Origin: a virus | Taxonomy: Duplodnaviria; Caudoviricetes | Reading direction: 5' to 3' (one strand) | Length of the DNA: 56,052 nucleotides | IMG/VR virus record: IMGVR_UViG_3300005764_000021 | Span: 1 to 56,052 of that record | Part shown: piece after piece, positions 53,761-56,052 of the stretch | Layout of the letters: each line of letters begins with the position of its first letter | Position numbering within the stretch: the stretch's first letter is position 1 | Program-made: the position numbers and the translations under genes | The notes under the pieces: generated by a model | Databases searched by the model: none | Told to the model about the DNA's origin: nothing | What the model saw: only the letters and a program-made list of their open reading frames with translations

Positions 53761-55364
53761 CCAATCAACGCCCTAACATCCACGAGCGGCTCGGCTTTGA
53801 TCAACGCCAGCGAAAAACTCATCGCCAGCGCAACAACGCCGTCAATCCGCCCGCTGCTCTTCGCCTTGTCGAGCTTGCGCCCGCCAGCACTGTCCTTGCT
53901 GATCACTGCGCAGCCCGCGTTCCAGCTCAGCACCGGATGATTGCCGTGGCGGATTCGCTTCTGCACAATCATGCGCTCTAAAACATCTACGGCAGGACTC
54001 ATCTCCTTGTAGCCTTGTCCGTGTTCCGCGAGCACAACGCTGCAACTTATCTCGTTCAGCTCGCGCTTCAGATCGCCGATGCGCCAGCGGTCAAACGCAA
54101 GCGCCTCGATGCGATAGCGCCCGTGCAGCTCCGCGATCTTCCTCGCAATCACAGCAGGGTCAGTCGCGTCGCCGATGGGCGTGATCAGTCCATCACGCAC
54201 CCAAACGTCATACGGCACGCGATCCTCGTTGGTGCGCGCATTAGGATCGCCAGGCAACCAGAACCACGGGTAGACGTGAAAGACCTGCTCGGCGTCCTGG
54301 TGAATTAGAACGAGCGCACTCAGGTCCCGCGTGTAGCCAAGATCGAGCGCCGCATAGCAGCGCGCACCGTCAGGAATGTGCGGCTTGCCACCACACGCCA
54401 TCCACGATGACGGCTCGATGAAACGAGCCTCCGCCGCGACCCGCTGGTTCAGGATCAGATTTCGGAACGCGTTCTCCAACGAGGGCATGCGCTTCGCCTG
54501 GCTCGCCTGCCGCTTCACATCAGCCAAGCTGCGGAAGTCGTCGAGCGCGGGGTTAGCTTTCTTCCAGGTCGAGCGCTTGAACGGATCGTCAGTCAGCGGC
54601 GCAGTGTGCAACGTCAAATGAAAAGTCTCGTCCTTGATCTCGCCTCGCTGCACACGCAAGCCGTAGTCGATCAAAACCGACAGCGGCGCAAAATCATCGG
54701 CCGCCTGCGTGGAGATGACAATCATCAGCGGCTCTTTGCGCGCGCCCATCGCGCTGTCCATCGCATCGTAGAGCTGCCGATCAGGCGCTTGCCCCAGCTC
54801 GTCGAAGATTACCATAGATGGATTGAGGCCCATCTTTGTCTTGGCCTCTCGACTCAGCGCCATGTAGATCGATTCATTTTCGAGGTCGACTATCTCTTTT
54901 CGGTTGAACAAAACATTGCAGCGCGCGTTCAGATACTCGTGCCGCTTCACCAGCGCGCACATCTCGTGAAAAATCTTGGAGGCCTGCGCACGATCATTCG
55001 CACAAGAATAAATCTCGCCGCGTGGCTCCGCTTCGGGCCCGCACAAGTGACACAGCGCAAGCGCCGCCGCGAGCTGCGTCTTGCCGTTCTTGCGCCCTAA
55101 ACTCAAAACCGCCGTCCGCACAGGACGTCGCCCATCCTCAATCGTCCTATAAGTCTCGTCGATAAATCGACGCTGAAACTTGCGTAACTTCAGCTTAGTC
55201 CCCACCAACTCGCCTGAACTGATCGTCAACTCCTCGCAGAAGCGAATGACCCGCTCAGATCGCGTGAGACCTGGCTCATCCCACGAAAATATCGTGGTCT
55301 CATACCTGCGAAGAACAGCCTGCCTGTCCCGCAGTTTGAAAACCTGCCACCCTTCGAGCGCCAC
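53757..55364 (-). CDS. terL: terminase large subunit (HK97-like)
   Basis: Walker A GRKNGKT, Walker B IFDE, ISTQA, KANP, ALDL, FDRW, IDGVVALAM. Confidence 0.97.
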   Translation of the reverse strand: MALEGWQVFKLRDRQAVLRRYETTIFSWDEPGLTRSERVIRFCEELTISSGELVGTKLKLRKFQRRFIDETYRTIEDGRRPVRTAVLSLGRKNGKTQLAAALALCHLCGPEAEPRGEIYSCANDRAQASKIFHEMCALVKRHEYLNARCNVLFNRKEIVDLENESIYMALSREAKTKMGLNPSMVIFDELGQAPDRQLYDAMDSAMGARKEPLMIVISTQAADDFAPLSVLIDYGLRVQRGEIKDETFHLTLHTAPLTDDPFKRSTWKKANPALDDFRSLADVKRQASQAKRMPSLENAFRNLILNQRVAAEARFIEPSSWMACGGKPHIPDGARCYAALDLGYTRDLSALVLIHQDAEQVFHVYPWFWLPGDPNARTNEDRVPYDVWVRDGLITPIGDATDPAVIARKIAELHGRYRIEALAFDRWRIGDLKRELNEISCSVVLAEHGQGYKEMSPAVDVLERMIVQKRIRHGNHPVLSWNAGCAVISKDSAGGRKLDKAKSSGRIDGVVALAMSFSLALIKAEPLVDVRALIG

Positions 55365-55539
55365 GTCTGTTACCTCAAAGACACGCTATGCGCACATGCG
55401 GCATAGCTCGAATGTCACACCCTAGGTCCGCCTGTAACTAGAAGACGAATATTCCAAGCAATCAGAGGCTTAAGCGATTTTACCTCCCAGGACCCTGATA
55501 GGCCTGGAGGTAACTAAAAAATCCTTTTGCCAACAATGA

Positions 55540-55620
55540 GTTATCAGTGCGAAATTTCTCAAGTCCAACGCGCGCCGCGAGCAGTTGCCATGGCAACTTT
55601 TTCGGATGCCCCCCCCCGGA
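55540..55620. other. probable cos/packaging-signal region
   Basis: Non-coding gap between HNH and terL; on -: G9 run, AAAAAG, perfect 16-bp palindrome AGTTGCCATGGCAACT (55583-55598), GC-rich CGCGGCGCGCG, GAAATTTC. Confidence 0.5.
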
Positions 55621-55698
55621 TTGCTTTTCGGCATGCTTTGTAATGGCGATAGCGAAGCGTGGGAGGGCCTAGCGCAGCGGGGAGGGTCGCAGGTAGGG

Positions 55699-56052
55699 TC
55701 AAGGATCCAAATCGCACAGGCGAGCTTCTGTGCTCGATTGCGTGGCATCGTGGATTGAGTTTTCGGTTGAGCTTTCGGTTTTAATTGGCCAACCGTCGAC
55801 GCCGATCCAAGGACGTTTGCCGCCAATGGTTCGGCCGTGCTTGGCCTCGTGGCATGTGCGGCACAACGATTGCAATCGGCCAAGGATGAATTGATTCCAA
55901 TTATCTCTATCGTAATCGACGATGTGGTCAGCGATGGTTGCTGGCACAGCCATCCCTTTTCTTAAACATTCACAGCACAATGGATTGCTTTTTAGATGTG
56001 CGAGGCGGCGCTTGCGCCAGCGTTCGGACTGGTAGCGTTGACGCCAAGGACG
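55699..56052 (-). CDS. HNH endonuclease (terminase-associated), 5'-truncated
   Basis: Frame open to the window end: RWRKRR...PLCCEC...ADHI...LQSLCRTCHEAKH. Confidence 0.9.
   Translation of the reverse strand, partial: RPWRQRYQSERWRKRRLAHLKSNPLCCECLRKGMAVPATIADHIVDYDRDNWNQFILGRLQSLCRTCHEAKHGRTIGGKRPWIGVDGWPIKTESSTENSIHDATQSSTEARLCDLDP

Noticed and set aside
55470-55883. 137-aa ORF as terminase small subunit
   Set aside because: Overlaps the HNH gene, runs through the cos-like region and shows no terS-like features
1-56052. tRNA, rRNA, integrase, transposase, intron or intein
   Set aside because: None recognised by eye; terL, portal and capsid are uninterrupted. The tail is Mu-like but no Mu transposition genes are in the window

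Overview
About 56 kb of a GC-rich (roughly 60-65%) tailed dsDNA phage or prophage; an alphaproteobacterial host is a weak inference. Bases 1-8.6 kb (+) carry about 28 small early/accessory genes, including two HTH proteins, a superinfection-immunity protein, a DUF3085-like protein and a TGT/DpdA-like protein, plus a promoter followed by a ~360-nt structured leader. Bases 8.8-56 kb (-) are the late operon: HNH endonuclease, a probable cos region, terminase large subunit, an HK97-type head, a Mu-like contractile tail, many fibre/collagen proteins and a lysis region. Notable oddities: (1) five degenerate GGYNN/CCNNR pentamer arrays, three joined to covarying hairpins just downstream of capsid-gene units; (2) a ~10-kb block between terL and the protease-capsid gene holding two extra capsid paralogues, a glycosyltransferase/methyltransferase pair and a 959-aa effector polyprotein (ParB-like + TrxB-like + ADP-ribosyltransferase) whose modules follow repeated leaders, two with an E-L-x-L-R/A-type site like the one in the capsid protein; (3) two tandem tape-measure paralogues; (4) a low-GC patch inside the sheath gene; (5) a foldon-like motif split by an inserted domain. 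All family assignments come from motif recognition by eye, not from database searches.
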